Below are positions 8,946-17,666 of a stretch of DNA of 56,051 nt, in pieces. Made by a program: the position numbers and the translations under genes. The notes under the pieces are model-generated. The model was not told where the DNA came from. It did no database searches and saw only the letters and a program-made list of their open reading frames with translations. Every line of letters begins with the position of its first letter. Within the stretch, counting starts at the first letter, position 1. Source of the stretch: an uncultured Pseudomonadales bacterium (GTDB lineage: Bacteria > Patescibacteriota > Microgenomatia > UBA1400 > PJMF01); assembly GCA_964555515.1 (NCBI GenBank), contig CAZKSJ010000003.1, positions 6,486 to 62,536 on the forward strand, read 5' to 3'.

Positions 8946-9473
8946 ATGGCAAGATTACCTACTGTTGGCGGTGATGATGGCAATTGGGGGAGTGTTTTGA
9001 ATGAGTACTTGGGAGTAGAGCACGCGAGCGATGGTACACACAAAACCAGCTATCTTCCTTTGTCTGGTGGCACTTTAACCGGCAATGTTGATGCAGCCGA
9101 TCACGTTATCAGCCAAGCTGAAATCAAAGATTATAGTGAAACGGTGGTGACCGCCGATTCTGGCGCTAGTTATACAATTGATTTAGCGGCCGGTAACATA
9201 TTTAACCTCACCCTGACTGCGAGCTGTGCATTGACCATCAGTAATCCGCCCGCCAGCGGCAAAGCAGGTTCTGCCACAGTCATCCTCACGCAGGGCTCAG
9301 GTGGCAGCAAAACCATTTCTTGGACAAATACGCTCAAATATGCTGGAGGGACTGCGCCCACCCTCACAACCTATGAGGGCGGCATTGATGTATTGCAGCT
9401 GTTTACGGTCAACGGCGGTACTAGCTGGTTTTGTTTCGTGGCAGGGGCAGATATGAACCAGGGATTAGCCTAG
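8946..9473 (+). CDS. Phage tail-fibre-like mini-protein
   Basis: N-terminal MARLPTVGGDDGNWGSVLNEYL module, YLPLSGGTLTG fibre motif, C-terminal beta domain (IDLAAGNIFNLTL...GGTAPTLT...IDVLQLFTVNGGTSW) resembling distal tail-fibre domains; no signal peptide. Confidence 0.75.
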   Translation: MARLPTVGGDDGNWGSVLNEYLGVEHASDGTHKTSYLPLSGGTLTGNVDAADHVISQAEIKDYSETVVTADSGASYTIDLAAGNIFNLTLTASCALTISNPPASGKAGSATVILTQGSGGSKTISWTNTLKYAGGTAPTLTTYEGGIDVLQLFTVNGGTSWFCFVAGADMNQGLA

Positions 9474-9556
9474 CTTTATTTACCAGCATGTTCCTGACCT
9501 GACGGAGCGGTCTGCTGCCGTTGGCATATCACCGACAATTAACGAAAGTACTTTAC

Positions 9557-9585
9557 TTGCAGGTTGATCGTTTTTAAAGTATAAT
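9557..9585 (+). promoter_or_regulatory. Sigma70-type promoter of nusA operon
   Basis: TTGCAG-N17-TATAAT. Confidence 0.7.
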
Positions 9586-9601
9586 CAGCTCTGGTGTGGT
9601 G

Positions 9602-9637
9602 AGAGAGGCCTTGAGATGAGAGTGCCTCTTTTTTTTC
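9602..9637 (+). terminator. Intrinsic terminator/attenuator in nusA leader
   Basis: AGAGAGGC...GCCTCTTT stem followed by a long T run, between promoter and nusA start. Confidence 0.65.
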
Positions 9638-9716
9638 ACTACTTTTTAAAAACAAAAAATTGTACATAAATAATTGAGGCCAGTTTGGCCATCAAAAAAC
9701 TTATTTAAAGGGTAAC

Positions 9717-10988
9717 ATGCAAGATTCAAATTCACGGGTGGTCAGAACAGAATTTGCCGCTGCCATCAATCAAATTGCAAATGAGCGCAAAATTACAGTC
9801 GACTCCATTTATGATGCGATTGAACAAGCATTGGTCTCGGCTTATCGCAAGCAGTATGGTCCACTGGATGATGAAATGCATTACTTTGTGAGGCTAGATC
9901 GTGAGTCTGGAGAGTCTGTGATTTTGAAAGCGCCAATTTTAGAGAAAGATGAAGAGACTTTAGAAGCAACCAAGTGGGATGAATCTAAGTCAGAAGATGT
10001 GACGCCAGCTGGTTTTGGCAGAATTGCCGCCCAAACTGCCAAGCAAGTGATTTTACAAAAGATTAGAGAGTCTGAAAAAGATCAAATTATCGCTGATTAT
10101 TCAGACCGATTAGGGGAAATTGTGACTGCCCAGGTGCTGCGCATGGATGGTCGGACTGTCGTGCTGGACATTGGTCGTGGTCAAGGTTACATGCCTCCAG
10201 AGGAACAGATGCGGGGTGAATTTTACAGAATGAACTCCCGTGTGTCAGTTTTGATTAAAACCATCAGAGAAACACATCGTGGTAAAGTGATCATTGTGTC
10301 CAGAGCTGACAAAGAACTGGTGGCAAAATTATTTGAGCGTGAAGTGCCGGAAGTTGCGTCTGGAGCTGTCAAGATTACCTTGATTGCGAGAGAAGCGGGC
10401 GTTCGTACCAAATTAGCGGTGTCTTCTTCTCAAGAAGGCGTTGATCCAGTCGGTTCTTGTGTTGGCCAACGGGGCGTGCGGGTTCAAGAAGTTATCCGAG
10501 AGCTCAATAACGAAAAATTAGACATCATTCCCTACACAGAAGATGCACAGATGTTGCTTAAGGCTGCGCTGGCGCCAGCAGAAAACTTAACAGTTGAAGT
10601 TAATCAGGAAAAGAAGAAAGCAGTCGTGACCGCTCCTGATGATCAGTTGTCTTTGGCCATTGGCCGAGGTGGGCAAAATGTACGTTTGGCAGCTAAATTG
10701 ACAGGTTACAAGATCACTGTCAAATCTGCTACAGGCAAAGTTGAGTCGGAAGTGACGGGTGAAGAAGAGTATGAAATTGACACCTTTGAAGGAATTGATG
10801 AGACTACTCGGACATTGTTGGTTGAACACAAATTGACCACTCTCACCGATCTTTCCAGGTTCGCCGATAAATGGCAAGCTTTTGAAGAGGTATCTGATGA
10901 GCAAAAAGCAATTTTGCAAAAACGAGTAGAAAAATTTGAAGCCGATATGGCGGAGCAAGATAAAAATAGATTGACAGAACAAGGCTAA
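9717..10988 (+). CDS. nusA: Transcription termination/antitermination factor NusA
   Basis: FGRIAAQTAKQVILQKIRE, S1 domain, AREAGVRTK, DPVGSCVG, LAIGRGGQNVRLAAKLTG; short C-terminal HhH-like extension. Confidence 0.98.
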   Translation: MQDSNSRVVRTEFAAAINQIANERKITVDSIYDAIEQALVSAYRKQYGPLDDEMHYFVRLDRESGESVILKAPILEKDEETLEATKWDESKSEDVTPAGFGRIAAQTAKQVILQKIRESEKDQIIADYSDRLGEIVTAQVLRMDGRTVVLDIGRGQGYMPPEEQMRGEFYRMNSRVSVLIKTIRETHRGKVIIVSRADKELVAKLFEREVPEVASGAVKITLIAREAGVRTKLAVSSSQEGVDPVGSCVGQRGVRVQEVIRELNNEKLDIIPYTEDAQMLLKAALAPAENLTVEVNQEKKKAVVTAPDDQLSLAIGRGGQNVRLAAKLTGYKITVKSATGKVESEVTGEEEYEIDTFEGIDETTRTLLVEHKLTTLTDLSRFADKWQAFEEVSDEQKAILQKRVEKFEADMAEQDKNRLTEQG

Positions 10989-11012
10989 GTTATTGAGAGG
11001 TTTTATTACATC

Positions 11013-12485
11013 ATGGCAGTTCAAAAAAGACCACCAATTATCACCATCATGGGTCATGTTGATCACGGCAAAACGTCGTTGCTTGACTACATTCGGCACA
11101 GTCGCGTCCAAGCCAAAGAGGCTGGTGGAATTACCCAACACATTGGTGCTTACCAAGTAGAGTTTAAAGGTCAAAAGCTAACTTACATTGATACACCAGG
11201 ACATGCTGCTTTCAACAAAATGCGCCAAAGAGGTGCAGAAGTGACCGACATCGTGGTTTTAGTAGTTGCAGCCGATGATGGGGTAAAGCCTCAAACGATC
11301 GAATCAATTCGCCACATTAAAGAAGCTGATGTTGATGTGATTGTGGCGATCAATAAAATTGATGTCAAAAATGCCATGCCAGAAAATGCTAAAGCTCAAC
11401 TTGTTGAGCATGGTATCGTTGTGCAAGGTTTTGGTGGTGATATCGAGGTTGTGGAGTTATCGGCGAAAACTGGTCAAGGCGTCGACCAACTTTTGGAGAC
11501 ATTGATCGTCACCGCCGAGCTCAATGAATACAGCGCCGATCCAGACGCCCCTCTAGAAGCAGTGGTGATTGAATCGGCCAAAGATACCCGCCGCGGTCCC
11601 GTGGCGAGCGTCATCGTTAAGCAAGGAACGCTCAAACCCAGGCAGGACGTGATGACAGATACGGCTCAGGGACGAATTAGGATGTTGTCTGATGAAAATG
11701 GGCGGGCTTTACAGGAAGTTAAGCCAGGTAGTCCAGCTGAAATTGTTGGTTTCAAAGATGTGCCAGATATTGGTGAAGTGGTGCATGACCAAGCTGCTGT
11801 TTACAAAGAGCCAGAACCCGCAACTGTCGGTGACGAGGTTGCCGCAGACGCTGAAAATCCGTTTGCCGGTCTTGATTTTTCTGTCTTTGCTGGTGAACAA
11901 AAGAAGTTAAACTTGATCATTAAGGCAGACGTCAAAGGCACGCTCGAGGCCATCATTCAAACTTTGGACGAAGAAAGTGTACAGTTAATTGCTTCCGGGG
12001 TGGGGCCGGTCACCGAGCATGAAATTGATTTGGCAGAAGCGAGTGACGCGATGATCATCGCTTTTCATATTTCTGTTCCGAAGCAAGTCAAACAACTTGC
12101 CAAAGATACGGGAGTAAAAATTAAAGAATATGACGTGATCTACAAATTGATTGAAGATCTGCAAAAGCAGATGTTGAAGTTGATGGATAGCACGATTGAT
12201 GAAGTAGTCACCGGTGAGGCAGAAATAGAACAGATTTTTGAAATGAAGGGTGAGCGGATTGCTGGTATCAAAGTCAAGACTGGTCAAATCAAAAAGAGTG
12301 ACTGGCTGCATTTGTTCAGGAATGAAGAAATTATTGCTAATCCTGTCATCAAAACAATGATGCACGGCAAAGAAGAAATTCAGGCCGTCAACACAAAAAA
12401 TGAAGCTGGTTTTACTTTTAAGAATCGCCGCCTAGATTTTCAGGTTGGTGACAAAATCATTGCCTACAAAAAAGAAGACGAATAG
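11013..12485 (+). CDS. infB: Translation initiation factor IF-2 (short form)
   Basis: [48 protein letters not shown]. Confidence 0.98.
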   Translation: MAVQKRPPIITIMGHVDHGKTSLLDYIRHSRVQAKEAGGITQHIGAYQVEFKGQKLTYIDTPGHAAFNKMRQRGAEVTDIVVLVVAADDGVKPQTIESIRHIKEADVDVIVAINKIDVKNAMPENAKAQLVEHGIVVQGFGGDIEVVELSAKTGQGVDQLLETLIVTAELNEYSADPDAPLEAVVIESAKDTRRGPVASVIVKQGTLKPRQDVMTDTAQGRIRMLSDENGRALQEVKPGSPAEIVGFKDVPDIGEVVHDQAAVYKEPEPATVGDEVAADAENPFAGLDFSVFAGEQKKLNLIIKADVKGTLEAIIQTLDEESVQLIASGVGPVTEHEIDLAEASDAMIIAFHISVPKQVKQLAKDTGVKIKEYDVIYKLIEDLQKQMLKLMDSTIDEVVTGEAEIEQIFEMKGERIAGIKVKTGQIKKSDWLHLFRNEEIIANPVIKTMMHGKEEIQAVNTKNEAGFTFKNRRLDFQVGDKIIAYKKEDE

Positions 12486-12520
12486 AGTATAATACGGCCT
12501 CTAATAATTATTAATGGTTA

Positions 12521-12582
12521 CTTTGTGGGTTGGTTGGCCGCGCTTTGGCCACACGAACCCAACAAGGGATACGCTTCAAGCG
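12521..12582 (+). promoter_or_regulatory. Structured 5' leader of rpsO (putative S15 autoregulatory element)
   Basis: TATAAT at 12488-12493; stems CTTTGTGGGTT/AACCC-A-ACAAGG, TGGCC/GGCCA and CGCTT/AAGCG adjoining the RBS. Confidence 0.55.
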
Positions 12583-12593
12583 AAAGGAATACC

Positions 12594-12863
12594 ATGGCAT
12601 TAACCAAATTACAAAAAGGTGAACTCATCAAAGAGTATCAACTTTATGAAGGTGACACCGGCTCTCCAGAAGTGCAGGTGGCCTTATTGAGTGCTTCGAT
12701 TCAGCAATTAACTGAACACTTGCGCCAACACAAGAAAGACGATCACTCTAGAAGAGGCTTACTCAAACAAGTCGCCAAAAGACGTCGTTTACTCAATTTC
12801 TTGCTGCAAAGAAGCGAGGAAAGATACCGCAAATTGATTGAACGGCTTGGTCTGAGCAAATAA
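12594..12863 (+). CDS. rpsO: 30S ribosomal protein S15
   Basis: [34 protein letters not shown]; start at ATG 12594 after GAAAGGA. Confidence 0.98.
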   Translation: MALTKLQKGELIKEYQLYEGDTGSPEVQVALLSASIQQLTEHLRQHKKDDHSRRGLLKQVAKRRRLLNFLLQRSEERYRKLIERLGLSK

Positions 12864-12874
12864 TTGAACGTTCC

Positions 12875-13333
12875 ATGCAATCACCAGAGAGATTTTCGCA
12901 ACAGCCTGCCAAGGAGACTCATTCTAGTGGGTTAAAGCGATGGTGGGAGATAGTATCTACTCCAGCCATATCTTATTTTAATAAAGTAACTTCTCCAGAG
13001 TATTTTGTTGAACATGATCCAATTGAATACCTACTATTTATAAAAAGTAGGTCAAATGCAATTGCTAAGCTTAGAGGATGGATATTAGACGCTCGGTGTG
13101 AATTTTTACAATTTAGGATTCAAGGCAAATATGGTCATGAAGACCATAAATATTCATTAGAATCACTTGACAAGACAGGGCGTGATGATTTGATGGAAAA
13201 AGTAAGTGATTTAATTATTGGGGTTGATAACATTTGCCCAATCTTGGTGAGTTATAGATTGCGTGGCAGAATTGATTGCCAACAATTTCATATTCCTGGC
13301 CGCTACGATGTTCTAGACGAACTCAATAATTAG
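12875..13333 (+). CDS. Hypothetical protein
   Basis: 152-aa AT-rich ORF directly after rpsO; no recognised motif. Confidence 0.55.
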   Translation: MQSPERFSQQPAKETHSSGLKRWWEIVSTPAISYFNKVTSPEYFVEHDPIEYLLFIKSRSNAIAKLRGWILDARCEFLQFRIQGKYGHEDHKYSLESLDKTGRDDLMEKVSDLIIGVDNICPILVSYRLRGRIDCQQFHIPGRYDVLDELNN

Positions 13334-13359
13334 CAAAATTGAGGGAATAGGAGAGGTTG

Positions 13360-13884
13360 ATGAAAACTGTAGAAGTTGATGACAAGACCAATTTGTCAAA
13401 TCTTCATTACACCCGCCGAAAATTTTTACAAGGTGTTGCCGGATTAGTACTGACGAGATTGGCTAATCAAGGATTAGATCGACCTAGTTCGCAAAGTGGC
13501 TTGCAGTCGACTAATCCGCTCGATCAGGAATTTGTGCAAACTGGTTCAGGTGAGGGGTTAGCCGAATTGATCCGCATGGTTTACCAGGATTTAGCCGAGA
13601 AGAATTCACAATCCCATAAAGACCAGCATCACCCCAATTTGACTACAGAAATATTGGTATTGATTGCAGCAATCTTGGTTCTGAGGGGTGCTCTGCAATT
13701 GTCTAGGGAGTTCCCAGATGATCAAAAAACGGATGAGTCAAACAATACGGATTCAAACCTGTCGGCCGATCTTGATGTGGAGCAAGAGCTCAATAATGAG
13801 GGTGATTTCGATGATGTTAATGCAGTGACTGATTGTGAATTAGAGTCTGAAGAGCAGGTTGATGAAGAACTAGCAGAAGTCTAG
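13360..13884 (+). CDS. Hypothetical membrane protein with twin-arginine-like motif
   Basis: AGGAGAGG RBS; TRRKFLQGVAGLVL near N-terminus, one TM, acidic tail. Confidence 0.65.
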   Translation: MKTVEVDDKTNLSNLHYTRRKFLQGVAGLVLTRLANQGLDRPSSQSGLQSTNPLDQEFVQTGSGEGLAELIRMVYQDLAEKNSQSHKDQHHPNLTTEILVLIAAILVLRGALQLSREFPDDQKTDESNNTDSNLSADLDVEQELNNEGDFDDVNAVTDCELESEEQVDEELAEV

Positions 13885-13987
13885 TCTAATTATCAAAGTC
13901 TGTACGGCGGGCACGGCCAGAGGGCGAATGCTTGATCATCCCTGGTTGGGTGAATTTCTCTACATTAATGACTAGAAGATCTACACG

Positions 13988-14017
13988 TTGACATTGGGCA
14001 AAATAATGACCTATAAT
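13988..14017 (+). promoter_or_regulatory. Consensus sigma70 promoter
   Basis: TTGACA-N18-TATAAT upstream of 14072. Confidence 0.75.
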
Positions 14018-14071
14018 ATACGAGTTATTGAGAGTTTAGGATAGTGAGTAGCACCTACTTGAAAGGAAAAT

Positions 14072-14542
14072 ATGAACAGCGCAGAAAATAATTTTGGGAA
14101 AGTTACAGGTCTTCCCGTTGATTTAGACCAAATGGTTGTTCCCAATGAGTCTCAAGTTCAAGAACCTAGAAGAACAAAGTTAGTGCAACGAGTAATGGCT
14201 TTGCTGGTGGGTCTGGGATTAACATTTCTTCCAGACGGTGAGGCATACGCGCAATCTGGTTACAATTATCGAAAAGAAATGACTGCTGGTCAGCCCACAC
14301 AAATGGTGGGTAATCGAGATACGGCACGAAGACCATTTCCGTCATCGGGAGATGTTCAACTTGAAAAACCTCGACAAGATCGTCGAGACATAGTAAGAAA
14401 AGCAATGGAAGCAGAACACTCTCATAGATCCAACGCGATGAGGCCTCTGAAGACAGTTGGCTCAGAACAAATGTCCTCAAGAAGAGAGTTTATGCGTGGT
14501 GCCACAGACCCCGTCAAATCACTCCGACCTACTCAAGAATAA
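14072..14542 (+). CDS. Hypothetical protein with signal/TM segment
   Basis: GAAAGGA RBS; VMALLVGLGLTFL...AYA|Q; basic disordered tail containing SRREFM. Confidence 0.65.
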   Translation: MNSAENNFGKVTGLPVDLDQMVVPNESQVQEPRRTKLVQRVMALLVGLGLTFLPDGEAYAQSGYNYRKEMTAGQPTQMVGNRDTARRPFPSSGDVQLEKPRQDRRDIVRKAMEAEHSHRSNAMRPLKTVGSEQMSSRREFMRGATDPVKSLRPTQE

Positions 14543-14632
14543 TAGGTTGCTAAATTCCGGCCACAAAACTGGGTGTTTCCAAACTGCCTGAATCAAGTTG
14601 TGTCGAAGTTTAGATAAATTTTAGGTAGTATC

Positions 14633-14827
14633 TTAATTTCTCTTCAAATTGGCCAGCGCGTCAAGGACTACTTTCCCGAACTTTCTCAGTGCTTCTGCTA
14701 TCCCAAGCTCCATGGACAAACCTTCAGGTTGTTTAGCACCTGGTATGGAGCTTTGTAGTATTCTCTCTGAATCAGGTCGTCCATAAGCCGAATAGTCTCT
14801 TGGCGTTTCACTATTTCCAATTGGCAT
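14633..14827 (-). CDS. Small hypothetical protein (64 aa)
   Basis: ATG at 14827 preceded by AGAGGAAA RBS. Confidence 0.5.
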   Translation of the reverse strand: MPIGNSETPRDYSAYGRPDSERILQSSIPGAKQPEGLSMELGIAEALRKFGKVVLDALANLKRN

Positions 14828-14958
14828 AATTTTCCTCTGATTATTACTAATACAAAGTATACACCCTGTGGCAAGCATTTTATCATCAAATAGATCGATG
14901 ATTCCACAAAAAGATCTTTATTAGCCTAAATTATGCTATAATGCCACTCAGTAACAAC

Positions 14959-15077
14959 AGAAATCGGCATTGGAGTTTATTCAAGAGAGCTGAGAATCTT
15001 GCCCTGAAGACTGCGGTCACCTTGACCAATAAGTAAGATTGTCACTTCTCTTTAGAATTCTCCTCGCATGATTTTCT
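14959..15077 (+). promoter_or_regulatory. Long stem-loop 5' leader of pnp
   Basis: TGCTATAAT promoter near 14934-14942; nested complementary segments AAATC/GATTT, GGAG/CTCC, ATTC/GAAT, AAGAGA/TCTCTT, TGA/TCA, AATCTTGC/GTAAGATT. Confidence 0.6.
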
Positions 15078-15098
15078 CTATTAAGTTAGGAGAATGAT

Positions 15099-17483
15099 AT
15101 GTCATATCCCAAATATCCGGAGACATACAAAAAAGATATCACGGTTGGTGATAAAAAAATGACCGTGGAAATTGGTAAGTTCACCGAGCAAGCCGCCGCC
15201 GCGGTGCTGCTCACTTGTGGTGGCACCGTCGTGCACACCACCGTAGCCTTAGGCAGAAAAGTCAACTTGGGCTATTTTCCCTTGTCTGTAGAGTACATTG
15301 AAAAACTTTACTCGGCGGGCATTATTAAAGGTTCACGCTGGGTGAAGCGTGATGGTAGGCCAAGTGATGACACGATTTTGAAGGCTCGGGTGATTGACCG
15401 CTCACTGCGACCACTCTTTCCAGAGGGAATTACCAACGAAGTGCAGGTTATCAACACCGTTTTTTCATATGATGGCGTCAATGAGCCAGACATGATGGCG
15501 CTACTTGGTAGTGCTCTCGGTGTGATGATTTCGGAAATTCCGTTTGATGGACCGCTCGCTGGACTGCGGGTAGCATATCGCAAAGAAGACCAGCAGTTTA
15601 TTTTTAATCCTACTGAAGAAGAACAAGACCAGAGTGATCTTGATCTAATTGTGTCCGGTAATGGTGACGCGGTGGTAATGGTGGAAGCTGGCGCCAATGA
15701 AGTCTCTGAGGCGGTGATTGTAGATGGTTTGGAAAAAGCTCAGCAGTTGTTGGGTCAAGTCTGCACAGACATGTTGGCGATTGTGAAAGCCGTGGGCAAA
15801 GAAAAGGTGGATTTAGTAGAGGCAGACACCACTCACGAAGCAAAAATTGCTAAAATGACCAAACTGCTCCAATCCAAGTATAACGACCAAGTAGTGTCGA
15901 TCGTGGAGAAGCAAGGCAAGCTAGAAATTGATGATTTGAGCGCAGGCCTAATCGCTGAAGTTTTGGAGAAGCTGAATGCTGGTTTGACTGAAGCAGATGA
16001 CATGTCTACTGAAGCTGAGGTTAAAGAAGCATTGTATATGGCCACCAAACAAGCTGGACGAGACATGATTTTGGCCGGCAAAAGGCCAGATGGCAGAAAA
16101 ACCGATCAAATTCGCCAGATTTGGACAGAAGTAGACGTTTTTCCACACACCCATGGTAGCGCCATGTTCAAACGTGGTGCCACACAGGCAGTGACGATTA
16201 CCACTTTGGGTTCACCAAGGCTTGGTCAACTCATCGAAAGCATCGAGGGCGAGGAAGTTAGACACTACATGCATCATTACTACATGCCGCCATTTGCTTC
16301 TGGTGAAGCTGGTCGGATTGGTTGGCCTAAACGCCGCGAAGTTGGTCACGGTGCTCTGGCAGAACGTGCCCTCTTGCCGATGATTCCTTCACAAGAAGAA
16401 TTTCCATACGCCATTCATGTAGTCAGCGAAATTATGAGCTCCAATGGCTCAACTTCACAGGCTTCTGTCTGCGGTTCAACTTTGTCGTTAATGGCAGCTG
16501 GAGTACCAATCAAGCGGCCGGTGGCAGGAATTGCCATGGGTTTAATGAGTGACGGTAAGAAGTACGTCGTTTTGTCTGATATCCAAGGTTTAGAAGATCA
16601 CATTGGTGATATGGATTTCAAAGTCGCCGGTAGCAGTGAGGGTATTACTGCGATTCAGATGGATATCAAGCTGAAGGGAATTCCGCGCGATGTGTTGGTG
16701 CAAGCTCTGGATCAAGCCAAAGAAGGCAGAAATCACATCATGGCTGAAATGATGAAGACGATCAGTGAGCCGAGGAAAGAGTTGTCACCTTATGCACCAA
16801 AGATTGAACAAATCACGGTGCCTGCCGATAAAATTGGCGAAATCATCGGCCCATCGGGCAAGATGATTAAGTCCATCATTGAGCAGACTGGCGCCGAAGT
16901 TGACATTGAAGAAGATACCGAGAAACACATTGGTATTGTCAACATTTCTTCTCCAGATCAGGAAGCGATCAACAAAGCCCGCAACATCATTAGCAACATG
17001 GTACGCGTGGTGGAGGTAGGTGAAGAATTTGAAGGTACAGTCACTCGGGTTGAAAGTTACGGCGCGTTTGTGGAGTACTTACCAGGCCGAGAAGGTTTGG
17101 TACACGTTTCGGAAATGTCCACCGACTATGTCAAAGACGCAGCTGATCAAGTACATCTTGGTGACGCGGTGCATGTGCGGATTGCTGGCTTCAAAGAAGA
17201 CGGCAAAATCCAACTGAGCATGCTCTCTGCCGAAGAAGCTGCTGCTGCTAGGTCAAATCGGAGCGACAAACCTACTTTTAGGGGTGGTCGCGATGATGGC
17301 GGTCACCGTAGTTCTGGTGGGGGTCGTTATAGCCAGGGTGGATATCGGGGTGATCGATCCAGCGACCATCGTGGTGGTGATCGCGGCGGAGATCGCGGCG
17401 GATATCATCGAGATCGAAGTGGCTACCAAGATCGTAGCAACGATCGGGGCGGTAATCGAGACGGGGGTGGCAGCCGAGGCTAA
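15099..17483 (+). CDS. pnp: Polyribonucleotide nucleotidyltransferase (PNPase)
   Basis: FPLSVEY, IDRSLRPLFP, RREVGHGALAERAL, SNGSTSQASVC, DMDFKVAG, KH and S1 domains. Confidence 0.98.
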   Translation: MSYPKYPETYKKDITVGDKKMTVEIGKFTEQAAAAVLLTCGGTVVHTTVALGRKVNLGYFPLSVEYIEKLYSAGIIKGSRWVKRDGRPSDDTILKARVIDRSLRPLFPEGITNEVQVINTVFSYDGVNEPDMMALLGSALGVMISEIPFDGPLAGLRVAYRKEDQQFIFNPTEEEQDQSDLDLIVSGNGDAVVMVEAGANEVSEAVIVDGLEKAQQLLGQVCTDMLAIVKAVGKEKVDLVEADTTHEAKIAKMTKLLQSKYNDQVVSIVEKQGKLEIDDLSAGLIAEVLEKLNAGLTEADDMSTEAEVKEALYMATKQAGRDMILAGKRPDGRKTDQIRQIWTEVDVFPHTHGSAMFKRGATQAVTITTLGSPRLGQLIESIEGEEVRHYMHHYYMPPFASGEAGRIGWPKRREVGHGALAERALLPMIPSQEEFPYAIHVVSEIMSSNGSTSQASVCGSTLSLMAAGVPIKRPVAGIAMGLMSDGKKYVVLSDIQGLEDHIGDMDFKVAGSSEGITAIQMDIKLKGIPRDVLVQALDQAKEGRNHIMAEMMKTISEPRKELSPYAPKIEQITVPADKIGEIIGPSGKMIKSIIEQTGAEVDIEEDTEKHIGIVNISSPDQEAINKARNIISNMVRVVEVGEEFEGTVTRVESYGAFVEYLPGREGLVHVSEMSTDYVKDAADQVHLGDAVHVRIAGFKEDGKIQLSMLSAEEAAAARSNRSDKPTFRGGRDDGGHRSSGGGRYSQGGYRGDRSSDHRGGDRGGDRGGYHRDRSGYQDRSNDRGGNRDGGGSRG

Positions 17484-17606
17484 TTAGTTGGCGGTTGGCT
17501 GTTTAGAGCTTTGTGCTTTCCGCTCGCTACTGCTGATGATCAGTCACAAGCGATGTGAATGCTCCGATTAGCCTGAAGTTGGCGTCGATCAATCGGGTCT
17601 TTCATC

Positions 17607-17627
17607 ATGACGCCTCGTCATTTTTTT
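17607..17627 (+). terminator. Intrinsic terminator downstream of pnp
   Basis: ATGACG-CCT-CGTCAT plus T tract. Confidence 0.55.
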
Positions 17628-17666
17628 GCCGCAGAGCTCACGGTTTAGCTTTGGTATACTGAAAGG

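Noticed and set aside
3693-9473. Prophage remnant explaining the fibre and lectin genes
   Set aside because: No integrase, terminase, capsid, portal or lysis genes; genes are on both strands, several have their own promoters, and they are interleaved with tatAC
10587-11174. 195-aa antisense ORF and similar shadow ORFs over dnaJ, infB, pnp, sufB and the giant adhesin
   Set aside because: They lie opposite or within well-supported genes and have no recognisable motifs
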